A stretch of 64,000 nucleotides of DNA from assembly GCA_963691875.1 (NCBI GenBank), contig OY829846.1, forward strand, positions 4,448,001 through 4,512,000, read 5' to 3'. Within the stretch, counting starts at the first letter, position 1; every line of letters begins with the position of its first letter. Position numbers and translations under genes: made by a program. Positions 47,004-57,700 of the stretch are shown here, one piece after another. This stretch comes from Aureliella sp. GTDB taxonomy: Bacteria > Planctomycetota > Planctomycetia > Pirellulales > Pirellulaceae. A model generated the notes under the pieces. The model was not told the origin of the DNA and did not search any database. It saw only the letters and a program-made list of their open reading frames with translations.

Positions 47004-48569
47004 CTAGTCAGCCAACTTCAGCTTGGAACGGTTGGGTAACTTCGCGGCGAAAGTACTAATGATCTTCTTTCTTAGCGATTCATCTGTACATAAAGCCCAA
47101 GTCGCAGTCCCCCCGAAGAGAATTGTGATCGAACTTCGAACCATGATGCTCAAGTAGCTTTGGCTAGGGCCCATTAATTCAAGTAATAGGACAGAGCTGA
47201 TGGCTGGCAAGCAAGCGAGGAAGGCTCGCAGTGAGAAATGAAACAATAGGCTGGTGTATTGAAGTTCGCATCTCTTCGCTAGCTGAACGGGCAAAAGTAC
47301 AAGTGCTGAGAATCCAATCGAAATAATGACCGACCATGCGAGACCAATTCCCCCGAGTGTCGCCGCTAGTACTGGGGCCGTAACAACAAGCACAAGCCCC
47401 TCCTGTAGCGAAACTTTCGTAACCGCCTTGACTTCTCCAAGGCCCTGCAGAAGCAGGCTTTGACAAGTTCCTAGTGCTCGTAATGGAATGCCAAACATAA
47501 GTACGAAGAGGACGGGCCATGCTGAGTCAGCGAGTTCGGCGCCAATCCACAATGTCAGAAAGCTATGTCCGTAAGCAGCGAGCAAAACACACATTCCCAA
47601 ACCAAGATTGAGAAACATGCGGGGAGCAAGGACGACAAACCGATTCTGTGCGGATTGCTCTTGTTTTGCTGCAAGAGAACTTGTTACCGGTACAACCATC
47701 TGCCGAGTGGGCACGAGGAAGGCGAGGCTCTTCTCACAGATTGTCTCAGCGATACTGTAGTACGCAATAGTAGCAGGACCACCAAACCACAAAGCACCCA
47801 GCGTGCCGATCTTTTGTGATAGTTTGCTCACCATTCGAGCAGCGATGACTAGGCCCCCAAATTTTAATAACTTCTTTTGTTCCATACCCTGAGATGCGAC
47901 GATCTCAGTCCAAGGAAATGCGAATGCGAAAGTTGCGACACTAATGTTGATCGCAAGTGTCGTAAAGCCAATTGATGCGATGACGCACGACATAGTCATG
48001 AATCCATGACCTGAAAGAACGACTGTTCCTATACATACGGCGGTGGCGGTATGAGCTAAGGCTCCGAGCAGGTTTAGATAAGCAAAAGCCTTGTGGGCCT
48101 TCAGGTAGGATCGGAACACGGCCCCAGACACCTGGAATGCCATGTTGAAACCGAGAAACGTAGCCGTCCAAAAGAATTCAAGACGACCTATGCTCGCGAG
48201 CTCAGTAACTCGTGGAAGGGCACTACCGACAAGGACTGCCAAGAGAACGATAACAATGCCCAGCAAACAGTAGAGTCTTAGGGAGGATTTGGCCACACCG
48301 ACCAATTTTTGGCGTTCGCCGGAAGCCAAATATTGGGAGAAGTATTTAGACGTCGCGACTCCAATCCCAAAGTCTACTAATCCATAGTAGTTGGTTATTG
48401 TTGCGATCAACGACCAGATACCGTAAGCTGCGGTCCCTAGTCCTTGAATGATAATGGGTGTCAGATAGAACACACATATCATGCCGATGGCATGGGAAAG
48501 CCAACCAGAAACCGCGCCCAAAGTAACGGCTAGCGAGGTGGATTTGGTCTTTAGAGCTGCGGTCGGCAT
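47004..48569 (-). CDS. wzx: Wzx/MOP-family oligosaccharide flippase
   Basis: About 14 TM segments; LTP.II..LG...YGIW.L......YGLVDFGI. Confidence 0.85.
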   Translation of the reverse strand: MPTAALKTKSTSLAVTLGAVSGWLSHAIGMICVFYLTPIIIQGLGTAAYGIWSLIATITNYYGLVDFGIGVATSKYFSQYLASGERQKLVGVAKSSLRLYCLLGIVIVLLAVLVGSALPRVTELASIGRLEFFWTATFLGFNMAFQVSGAVFRSYLKAHKAFAYLNLLGALAHTATAVCIGTVVLSGHGFMTMSCVIASIGFTTLAINISVATFAFAFPWTEIVASQGMEQKKLLKFGGLVIAARMVSKLSQKIGTLGALWFGGPATIAYYSIAETICEKSLAFLVPTRQMVVPVTSSLAAKQEQSAQNRFVVLAPRMFLNLGLGMCVLLAAYGHSFLTLWIGAELADSAWPVLFVLMFGIPLRALGTCQSLLLQGLGEVKAVTKVSLQEGLVLVVTAPVLAATLGGIGLAWSVIISIGFSALVLLPVQLAKRCELQYTSLLFHFSLRAFLACLPAISSVLLLELMGPSQSYLSIMVRSSITILFGGTATWALCTDESLRKKIISTFAAKLPNRSKLKLAD

Positions 48570-48606
48570 TCAGTTAGTCTCGCGAAGAGTTCCGAAAGAA
48601 GTCTAC

Positions 48607-49459
48607 TTAAATAGGCTTCGTCGCGAGTACCGTGAAGGAAGTTGCGCTATCAGGGTTCGATTTCGTTAGCCACGGGTCGAGGTATTTTAAGGGCTGTATG
48701 GCCCAAGCAGTGCACCAGCGAGCGGCAAATCCGAGCTTGCCTGGAAACACTGCATCTGCCACCCGCTCCGTATACAAACCAATAGATGAGATTGGCCGAC
48801 GCGCCGGGAAGACTTCACCTTCCAGCGCTTCAAAGATGGAAAGCAAACCGTAGGGTGTATAGCGGAAGAAATCTTAAGGACTGCCGTGAATAGGGTAGGC
48901 AAACGGGACGCTACAAAAAAGGACTCCACCCGGCCGAAGCACGCGAACAATTTCAGCCGCAGCCAGCCAGGGTTTTCGAAGGTGTTCGAAGACGGATACC
49001 GTATGAACCGCGTCGAACGACCCGTCGCGAAAGGGTAACTCATGCGCGTCTCCAACGACTTCACAGTTTGCATGTGGCTGAATATCGAAACCAATCCATT
49101 CAGTACCTGTGAGAATAGTCCTCTCACCTGCACCCAAATTCAGAATGACACCGTATCCGACAGATTCAAAGAACTTATTCCTTGCATCGCGATCCATGTC
49201 CGTAACATTTGTTTGGGGAAATCGCCTTTTCTCGCGGTAACCTTTTTTTCTTTGAGCCGAGCTCAGTTTTTCGCTCCCATCCAAGAAACCTCTCTGCAGA
49301 GAACTCCGTGTCGGAAGGAAACAGTATTGGAAGTGTCCCGTTTGCGACAATCGGAAATTCTGTGGCACAAGAACTGCAGACGGCGGTGCTGCTTTGCACA
49401 TCGAGCGATGCTTTAAGATTTGGGCAAGCGATTCTTGAACGAATTTCCTCCGGGATCAT
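48607..49459 (-). pseudogene. Trm112-like N-terminal domain plus SAM methyltransferase, disrupted by a frameshift and an in-frame stop
   Basis: N-part IACP....L......CSSC...FP (49175-49459) appears to shift at an A7 run (~49243-49249) into LNLGAG...GDAHELPF.DGSFD...VFEH...PWLAA.EI.RVLRPGG. The sequence then reads PIHGSP-TAA-DFFRYTPYGL and continues in frame to 48607. Confidence 0.8.
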
Positions 49460-49492
49460 ACCTTGTATCTTTCGGCGCAGAAAAGTAACAGA

Positions 49493-50527
49493 CTACGAGT
49501 AGGACTCAGTCACGTTGATGACAGAGAAGACCTGGCACCCCAGCTCTTTCGGAACATTCCATCCGTCTACAACAGCTTCAGAGCTAGCATCTACAACGGC
49601 AAGTCTGGCTTGTGGAAAGAAAGAATTTCCTCGTCGCGCGCTCAGGCCGGCGACGAAATGACCTTCCATCTGCGCAATGCCACGAAGGAACCCCTTTTGC
49701 CCATCTGGTACGACTGTAATGCGACGGGGTGGGCGAGAGTCTTCGTAGCAAACAATTTTTGAGGTAACGCACTCAGTGAAAACGGTTTGTGAATTACAGA
49801 TTATTCCATCGTGAGGTCGATCCATGTCCCGGCGAACGATTTCACCTGTCGACAGGTTGAGCTGAACGCCAGGTATCAGCAAGGTTATGAGAATGTCGCC
49901 ACGATCAACAAAGACATGGTTTGGGTGTAGGAAATGGGGCCGGCAATCGCACACTCTCATGCCTCGGGACTTGGGGATGTAATTGGGGAAAACGTATTTT
50001 TGCAAGTTTGCAAATGGCAGCTTCTTGTGCAAGTGGTTGTAGCTGGGCCCGGAACCACCTATCCTGCGGTAAGCACGGACGAACTGCTCGCGCATCACTG
50101 AGCAGAAGTAGGAAGGGCTCGGGCAAAACAAAGGAACCAACGGGATGCTCTTCTCGTAATCCAAATCGTTGTTCAGGATATCCACACAGTCGACACCAGA
50201 ATTGGCGGTGTAGAATTTCTCACCCAAGTGGGCAGTGTGATGAATGTCATTAAAGATAGGGTGGCTTCGACTCTTAGTGATCTGAAGCGGAGCGAGCTTT
50301 CCGAGAATGACCTCCGCCTCAGTCGTAGCGACGAAATCTGCGCTCGGGTGCTCAGGACACAGGCTTGCACCGCAGATGCCCTTGTGAGTGGCCTCATAGA
50401 ACCCAACCTGGTGGACTATCTCATCGACTATCTGAAATCCAGGATACTCAACTACAAGGATCCAACCATCTGGGCCCGCGGATAAGCCCGGCCCCAGTGT
50501 TACCAGAAAATAGGATTTGTTTACCAT
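49493..50527 (-). CDS. hypothetical protein, probable beta-propeller
   Basis: 344-aa ORF tightly packed in the operon, with repeated short beta motifs (NDIHH, HPNHVF, RPHDG, FLRGIA). Confidence 0.6.
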   Translation of the reverse strand: MVNKSYFLVTLGPGLSAGPDGWILVVEYPGFQIVDEIVHQVGFYEATHKGICGASLCPEHPSADFVATTEAEVILGKLAPLQITKSRSHPIFNDIHHTAHLGEKFYTANSGVDCVDILNNDLDYEKSIPLVPLFCPSPSYFCSVMREQFVRAYRRIGGSGPSYNHLHKKLPFANLQKYVFPNYIPKSRGMRVCDCRPHFLHPNHVFVDRGDILITLLIPGVQLNLSTGEIVRRDMDRPHDGIICNSQTVFTECVTSKIVCYEDSRPPRRITVVPDGQKGFLRGIAQMEGHFVAGLSARRGNSFFPQARLAVVDASSEAVVDGWNVPKELGCQVFSVINVTESYS

Positions 50528-50584
50528 CTAGGCTTGTTCAAAATCGTTAGCGATTTGGCAAAAAAAAGCGTGACTGGCAGTCAG

Positions 50585-51334
50585 CTAAGCGTGTGCTTGG
50601 AGACGAAACTCACCGAGCAACAGGAGGTTCATTAACGCGTTATCCACGAATCGGTGCATCTGACGCAGGCGATAGGGACGCGGGTAAGAAATCTCGGTAG
50701 AAGCGAACCTTGCATTACGAAAAATGGATTGCCACACGGACGGTTGCTGGTGAATCTTCCAATCGATAGTACGTTGTGAGAAACACAGTTTCTTTGGAAG
50801 TCCAAAGCGTCTCATCTGAGTCCAAAAGCAATAACGGCACGCATCCGTCGCAATCACTTGACCAGAGGGAGATAGGAGTTCGCGGAGTCTACTGGCGATC
50901 TCGGTGTACCGCTTGAATACAGCTTCTTCTTTCGAGGCGTCTAGCGGAGTCTCGTATAGATGGTTTAAAACCGCGACCATTAGGATTAGGTCGAAGCGTT
51001 CGTTGCTGAACCTTGCCTCGTTAAAATCTTCAACACGGATCTCACAGTTGGTTATTTCCAATTCGTCGAGACGTTCTTGATGGATGCCAGCAGTTCCCGA
51101 TGTGGAACCTTCCATCTCTGGCTCCAAGCTCACCACATGGTCCGCTCCGGCGGCAGCGATATAGGTGCTGAGTAGTCCCCGTCCGCTCCCGATTTCGAGT
51201 ACACGCTTACCACGGAAGTCGAATCCGCCAAACAGCCACCCCAGGTAATGCTCATAAGACACAGGAATATGGTGACCGTCTTGATGACGGAATTTATCTA
51301 CGAGTCTCTGTTGCTTAGGTGTAGGCTGTCTCAT
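50585..51334 (-). CDS. class I SAM-dependent methyltransferase
   Basis: RVLEIGSGRG, VVSLEP and FDLI...AVLNHL. First gene of the second EPS operon; start at 51334 or 51349. Confidence 0.88.
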   Translation of the reverse strand: MRQPTPKQQRLVDKFRHQDGHHIPVSYEHYLGWLFGGFDFRGKRVLEIGSGRGLLSTYIAAAGADHVVSLEPEMEGSTSGTAGIHQERLDELEITNCEIRVEDFNEARFSNERFDLILMVAVLNHLYETPLDASKEEAVFKRYTEIASRLRELLSPSGQVIATDACRYCFWTQMRRFGLPKKLCFSQRTIDWKIHQQPSVWQSIFRNARFASTEISYPRPYRLRQMHRFVDNALMNLLLLGEFRLQAHA

Positions 51335-51770
51335 CTTCTCTCGCACCAACTTATTCTAAAACTTCAAGCAGAGATGAGACAAAATGGCTAAAGGTAGTTT
51401 GCGGTGAGCGTCTCGTGCACTTGAGAGAATGAAAAATGTGAAGCCAATGAAGCTAACTTTGTCTCCGTGCGCTTCAGATTCACTAAATGCCGTAATGGCT
51501 CTTTGCTACCTCACCCTGGATCTCAAGTTGTTGTCTTCCTGGATGATGCCAGAGTGCAGGGCTGGCCGATGGTTTCTCGGGCACGCCCATGAGATGGGGC
51601 AAAGCAAGCCGGGAACAGGAGAGTAGTGGCGGCCAACGGGAACAGGAAAAGGGGCAAGCGAGCCTAGAGTTGCCAGGTGCCTGATCAGCGATTCATTTTT
51701 ACGGCTGATGGTATCGGTTTGCTTCGGTGCATATCTACAGTGTTCATGAAAATGTTACGTTGGGCCGAGC

Positions 51771-51790
51771 GCACTTCGTTCTTGTGGGTG
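51771..51790 (-). promoter_or_regulatory. 20-bp conserved leader element, copy 1 (CACCCACAAGAACGAAGTGC)
   Basis: Exact match to 63002-63021. Lies in the intergenic gap upstream of the 51349 operon. Confidence 0.7.
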
Positions 51791-52052
51791 CAGATGTATT
51801 TGACTCTAGTTGTGGCATTGTGGCGACCTACAATCTCATCTCGATATTCTTTTCCATCCAAAATTTTTGCGTTGGCTCATAACGATGGTGTGGAAAATGG
51901 TGCCGTCTTTCTGCATTAAGTCAAAGGGTCGGTTACGTGAGAGCCTCAGTATGTACCTGCTGTAGATTCACTCGCAGCGTGTTGAGCTTTTACAGTTGCA
52001 CGGGCAAGCCGGCCTCTGCGGATTGGAGCTGAAACGAATTCACGCTCCGTAA

Positions 52053-52928
52053 CTATTCTTGATCGCTGAGTATGTTTCTGATCGGCGCGAACGAATGCTT
52101 TGTAATCATGCGTCTTAGTTTTTCAGAAGTCTTCCTTAAGTTCGCATAGTGCCTGAAGCGGCTCTTAGCACTGGCGCCTTGTATCTTGGGTTGGTTAGGA
52201 TCTATTTCCCAGGGGTGAATATAAAACATTCCCGGGCCGATGCTGTTGCGGACCTGCTCGATGGCACGGAGGGTCAAGGCAAGAGGAAACAGCCGGAAGT
52301 AGCCGCCACCAATGGGAACAGGTAGTGGGCCAAGTGAGCCGGAAGTCGGCGGGAATTCAATCAGTGATTCGTTTTCACGTTCGATCGTGTGGATGTGCTT
52401 CGGTGCATCGGGAAAGCCATATCGGTCATGGCCCTTGATCGGGAATATGCTGGAGTCCAGTGTAAAGCCCTGTTCGATCAGAATGTCTAAAGCCCATTCC
52501 GATCTGGGGGTAATCGAAAAGCTGGGAGCTCGATAGGCCGTAGCTTCGGCACCACAGGCATTGGCGATGGCATCTTTGCTGTCGGATATGTCTTTCGCAA
52601 ATTCTTCTGGTGTGAGGTCGTACACGAGCTGGTGCCAGTAGCCATGAGAGGCGATTTCGTGTCCAGCGGCGTGTATGCGCTTGACGAGGCCCGGGTAACG
52701 CTCGGCGACCCAGCCGAGGATGAAAAACGTCCCTTGTACCGAGGCCTGATCGAAGATCTCAAGGATGCGATCCGTGTTGGCTTCTACACGGCACTCGTAC
52801 TTATCCCAGTCTTGAAGCGTGACTCGATCGGCAAACGCCGACACCTGGAAATAGTCTTCGACGTCAACCGTCAGGGCGTTTGGAACACCGGCCGTGAGGG
52901 GGAGCGATGGTAGAGAAGTTGGCGGCAA
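52053..52928 (-). CDS. XrtA/PEP-CTERM system polysaccharide deacetylase (DUF3473)
   Basis: NALTVDVEDYFQVSAF, TFFILGWVAERYP.LV, HEIASHGY.H, YRAPSFSI, GGGYFRL.P and FYIHPWEIDP.QP. Confidence 0.93.
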   Translation of the reverse strand: MPPTSLPSLPLTAGVPNALTVDVEDYFQVSAFADRVTLQDWDKYECRVEANTDRILEIFDQASVQGTFFILGWVAERYPGLVKRIHAAGHEIASHGYWHQLVYDLTPEEFAKDISDSKDAIANACGAEATAYRAPSFSITPRSEWALDILIEQGFTLDSSIFPIKGHDRYGFPDAPKHIHTIERENESLIEFPPTSGSLGPLPVPIGGGYFRLFPLALTLRAIEQVRNSIGPGMFYIHPWEIDPNQPKIQGASAKSRFRHYANLRKTSEKLRRMITKHSFAPIRNILSDQE

Positions 52929-53113
52929 AGGTTCAGAAAGAGAAATGGAGCGGGAACGTTGGGGGAATGCCGCAAAGAGAGTAGAAACCAGGTCTCAGTA
53001 ATGCGGGCTGTATGGTGTCAAATCGCAGTGGGACGTCAGGGGGTTCATTAAAAAATAAGCTTTGCGAGTGTGTTTGGGATAAATGCAGGACTACGAATCT
53101 GAAGGACTCTTGG

Positions 53114-53992
53114 CTAGCGAGGCTTGATGTTCTGACTCGGAGGTAAGGGCTTGCCAGGACTCCAGAGTTGCGATTCCTTTACCTCGAATTCGTAATCGAC
53201 TTTCTCTAAGTCTTCAATTTCGATTCGCTCGGCCAGATGCATCATCTCCATGACTTTCTGTCCTTTGAGACCAAACATTCTTAGGAGAGTAGCGGCCATG
53301 ATGCGTAGATCCAGGATGTGGTTGGCGCGTCCAATGTATCTCAGGTCCAGGATTTGCTTGCGGCGAGTAATGTTGACGTTGGTGTCAGGCTCAATATTGA
53401 CCTGAGAGAGTCCCGTTACACCTGGCTTTACGTTGTGCCGGAGATGGTAGCCGGGTATTAGTTGTTCTAGGAATATCGTGATTTCAGGTCTTTCTGGCCG
53501 CGGTCCAACAAGCGACATGTGTCCACAGGCTACATTCCACAGCTGGGGAAGCTCATCGAGGTGTAGCTTGCGAAGAAAATTGCCAATTCTTGTTTTGCGA
53601 GGATCATCCTTTCCACTACTCCATGCAACGCCGGAAGCTTCCGCATCAACGCGCATTGTTCGCAGCTTAATAAGCTGAAACTTCTTTCCCCCAATCCCGA
53701 CGCGGGTTTGCCGGTAGAAGCCAGGGCCCCGCGAGGTGAGTTTGACAAGCACCCAGCCAACAACGATTAGCAGCGAGCCTGGAACGAGAAGTGCGCTTCC
53801 AACTACTCTTTCGAGTACGTACTTGCGTCTGAAAAACGCACAAGGTACCTCTTCACGTGATGGATTATGGGCTTTCATCAGCCCAGTTAGCTCATCGGGA
53901 ACGGGGTAGTGCCAGCTCTCTAACACTGGAGCCCGATTGGCCGGACTTAGTTCGTTCGAGTCAGAGATATCTTCTATTAGGTTTGTCGACAT
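53114..53992 (-). CDS. priming sugar transferase (phosphoglycosyl transferase, Bac_transf)
   Basis: GP.FYRQ.RVG..GK.F.L.KLRTM..DAE, DPR.T.IG.FLRK.HLDELPQLWNV..G.MSLVGPRPERP and VKPGVTGL.QV. Confidence 0.93.
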   Translation of the reverse strand: MSTNLIEDISDSNELSPANRAPVLESWHYPVPDELTGLMKAHNPSREEVPCAFFRRKYVLERVVGSALLVPGSLLIVVGWVLVKLTSRGPGFYRQTRVGIGGKKFQLIKLRTMRVDAEASGVAWSSGKDDPRKTRIGNFLRKLHLDELPQLWNVACGHMSLVGPRPERPEITIFLEQLIPGYHLRHNVKPGVTGLSQVNIEPDTNVNITRRKQILDLRYIGRANHILDLRIMAATLLRMFGLKGQKVMEMMHLAERIEIEDLEKVDYEFEVKESQLWSPGKPLPPSQNIKPR

Positions 53993-54076
53993 CTGAGGGC
54001 TTTCGGGCAGTGATGTGTTCTCAGGAAGTGCGAAATATCAGGAGAGAGCCCTGCGCTGGAAGTGAGCAGCGCAATG

Positions 54077-54730
54077 TTAGTTGATATTTTCTATGCGAGA
54101 TTGCAGTTCAGGGATTAGTTCTCGGAAGAACTCGAGTGTGATTGACTCTTGTCCATCAGCTGTAGGTGGGCCAGCTAGCTGGATCTTGTAAAGATTTTCG
54201 GTAAGCCAGAATCGAGGGTTGTCTGCAGCTACCCATTCTTCGCCAACACTCCAAGCGTAGAGAACTTCTAGTTTTGGTTGATTGTCTTGGCTGTCTGCGA
54301 AAGACACCGTCCAGATGGAGTGATTGACCGAGTCCAATGGCACGATTTCTTTTCTGGTTGGTCCTGACTGCTTTGTACCGCGGCCTGTGTAGCAAACCTC
54401 TGGAGTGTGAACTGCGATGGGGCCACGCCTACCAAACATCACTGCAAAGTTGACTCGATTGCCTGTGTCAATGTTTTCATAAACACGATTCGTTGAGCCA
54501 AAGCAACGCAGCATATCTTGTGCGTTCTCGGGAAGGGGAGTCTCTTCTATTAGTTCCCATTGACCAATACGCTCCGGTAACGAATTGAGCTTGCCACCGA
54601 TTTCGGTCAGCTTGGGAGCAACCGACCAGCGGCCGTCCAGGCGACCGTGGACAACACCCGATAAAATTGTTGCGAGTACACATCCGACGGCACTGGCTGT
54701 GAACCCTTTGTTTAGTTTTGATTGGGACAT
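54077..54730 (-). CDS. exosortase-associated EpsI family protein
   Basis: N-terminal TM helix, LP..IG.W, R.Y.N, and VHTPEVCY.G.G. Confidence 0.85.
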   Translation of the reverse strand: MSQSKLNKGFTASAVGCVLATILSGVVHGRLDGRWSVAPKLTEIGGKLNSLPERIGQWELIEETPLPENAQDMLRCFGSTNRVYENIDTGNRVNFAVMFGRRGPIAVHTPEVCYTGRGTKQSGPTRKEIVPLDSVNHSIWTVSFADSQDNQPKLEVLYAWSVGEEWVAADNPRFWLTENLYKIQLAGPPTADGQESITLEFFRELIPELQSRIENIN

Positions 54731-54733
54731 GCT

Positions 54734-57700
54734 TTACTTGCTCCCCTTGGCTTCTAGCTTTTTCTTCAGCGTTTCATAGAGTTCTATATCATCTTCGGTC
54801 ATCGACATTCGCTTGAGTCTGCCGTGCGGGATTTTGTTCCAATTCTTCCTAGCACCCGCAAGATCGTCCGATTCCAACTGGACGTTCACTAAGTGAATTC
54901 GGAAGGTTGGATTGTTGCTAAGTAAAGTTGCTTCCTCAAAAGCCTTCTCAGCCTCTTTAAATTGCCCAAGGGCTTGGTGGACACTACCCTTGGTGTCGAT
55001 TAATTCTGGGTTGCGACCAAAATTGTCGATTGCGTGGTTGATCTTTCTAAGGGCTTCCGGCTTGCGGGTTCTTGAGCGCGAAAGAGCTATGGCCAAGTTA
55101 TTCAAGACTCTAATGCTGTTCTTGTCTTCGAGGCTTCTGATAGCTGCTTCGTAAAGCTCAATGGCCCTGTCGTAGTTCTTCCGCATCAACTCAAGTGTTG
55201 CCAGCGATTCGTATAGGAGGGGGGTGTTCGGGTGTACTTTGAGAGCGTTGTCGAGAATGTCCTGTGCGCCTTGTGGTAGTTCTCGTTTGTGGTCCAGGAG
55301 TGCGATTTCAGATATCAAAGCTGCTACTCCTGCATCAGGCTTGCGGGCATAGTTTTCTGTGCAGAGTGCCAAAGCTCGATCGTATTTCTTTGCCTGAGTT
55401 AGCCCGATTACTAGCAGCTTGTACTGAGAAGGATCGGCTTGGTAAATGCGTTCAAGCCAAACCAGGGACTGAGTGGCAAATCCCATATCAACCAGTGTCT
55501 TACCAGCGATCGCCCATACCTTCTGCTCTCCGAAGGACTCAAGTTCGCCAATGTTGTCAATCCATTTCTTCGCGGCTTTCGCCGCCAGCTCAGCGGCCAT
55601 TTCCGGATTGCCCTCGAGTTCGGCCTTAAGTTGGTTTAGGCGAATTTCCAGCCGTAGTGAGGCCATGGACGACCCCGATTGTTCTTCAAGTGCTCGAATG
55701 ACCCGCTCTGCCTTCTCGACTAAATCGTTGGCTTCCCGTTCTTGGTCCTTCTGGTATCGTGCAAAACCGGCCGCAGTTAGGAGCTGCGCATACTTGGCAT
55801 AGTCATCAGGCGTTGCTTCAGGCGAACGCAGAATCTCTTGTTGGATACTCGAGGATCTTTGGAAATACTCAATGGTCTTCGGAGATTTGACGTCGAGTGC
55901 ATCCCTTTGCCAGAGCGACGCAAAATGTCTGGCGAGGAGTCGTTTTGCGTTAACACCTGCAGCATCTGTGCGTTCGGACAACTTAGTGAGTTCTGTTGCG
56001 GCCTCCTTTTGACGTGCGGCATTGCCTTTAATCAAAGCAATCTGAGCTCTAAGTAACTTAGTTTGTGTAGTACTTGTTGCTTCGTCTCGAGTAAGCAGCC
56101 TGTCGATTTCTTCCCAAGGAGCTTCATCCTCGCTATTAATCGCTAGCGTCAGGGCAAGGTTTTCTGCAATGACTGTGTTATCGGGGTAAGCACGATTGGC
56201 AGATCGCAAAGCACCGATTGCTTTTTCGTTGTCGCCAAGTCGCATGTGGAGCCTGTAAAGCAGGAGATAGGCTTCCGCGTTCTTGCGGTCGAGTTGCAAG
56301 AGCCGATCCACACACTTTTGGGTCTCGGCAAACTCGCCGAGGCCGAAGTAGGTCTTTCCTGCCATCAGCAGCCGCTCCTCAATTGGAGCTTTGTCACTGC
56401 TTATAATTTGGTCGATCTCGGCTTCGATGGCGGCGCGGTCATCGTTGGCGAAATGTGCGGCAAGCCTGCGAGACTTGACCATCAGCCATCGCCGACTGGA
56501 ATTAGTGGCATTGACTAGCTTCTCGGCCTCATCTAACGCTTTCTTCGCTGCAGCGCGATATTCGGCTTCCAGATTTTTATCAGGCGTTTGCGCGGCCATT
56601 AGGTTGTTGAGCCGGGAGATAACTAGCAAGGGGCCAGTATCCCCTTTTCGCTTGGCAGCAGACAGTTCGGCGTATCGCAAAGCCTCCAGGTAGTCCCCTT
56701 GGCGTTCAGCTAGGCTGGCGGACAAAGAGTCCAGAGCAATTACGTCTTCCGAGACGCCAGCCATCTGTTGGATAAGCTGTTCTGCCTCTTCCGTTTTTCC
56801 AGTGCTGAGAAACACTTCTGCCAGTTTCAGCCGCGTGCGGATGGACTGGTCGCCATTTCGGATCGCGCGATTGTAATATCGAATCGCTTCGCGTGAGAAG
56901 CCTTGTCGTCGCGAGACATCACCACCGAGAGCAGCAGCAAGTCCCCAGCGAGGCCGGCTAATCAAAACGGTGCGGAGCGAGTCAGCGGCTTGCTCAAGGA
57001 TTTTCCCAGGATTTTTATTTTCAGCAGCGGCGCGGTCTGCTTTGGCGAGAAGTTGTTGGATTTCAACAAACCTCCAATGCGAACCTTCCTCGCCCTCTAT
57101 GTCCTTAAGTTCCTTAATACAGCCTTCGAAATCAAACTCGAAATCAGGGTAGTTCGAATCGGCCTGTAGGGCAGTGGCTAGAGTGGCAATTTGAACAAGG
57201 AGTTTAACCGAGGGACGACCGTCTTCAGCCTCAGGTACCGCATTGAGAAGCTCGAATGCATCGAGCCCCCGCTTCGATTGAATCGCCAAATTTGCCCCAG
57301 ATTGGGCAAGAATGAGTGCCTCGTCGCGATCGGCAGACTCCATCCCTTCGCGGATGAAATTGATGGCTGCATCAATATCTTGCTGTGCTGCTTGGTATCG
57401 AGCGTTGGATAGAACCTTCACTAGCGTTAGGTTGGCGGCAGTGTCCTCGGGAAGTTTTTCGAGCCGATCCAAAGCCACCTTGGCAGTTTCAAAATCGCGT
57501 TCCTGCGAGAAAATGGAGACTAGGCGAGACTGTAAATCGGCGGAGTCTGGATATTGTTCGCCAAGCTCCTTCAACGTAGCCGACATTCTGGCTTTTTCGG
57601 CGATTGCCTGAGCCGTTTCTTCTTCGCTGGGTGCGCCTTGCTGTTTTTCGCGCCTTCGAACTTGCCGTTCATAGTTTGGCATCAGAGCTTCGAACATGGC

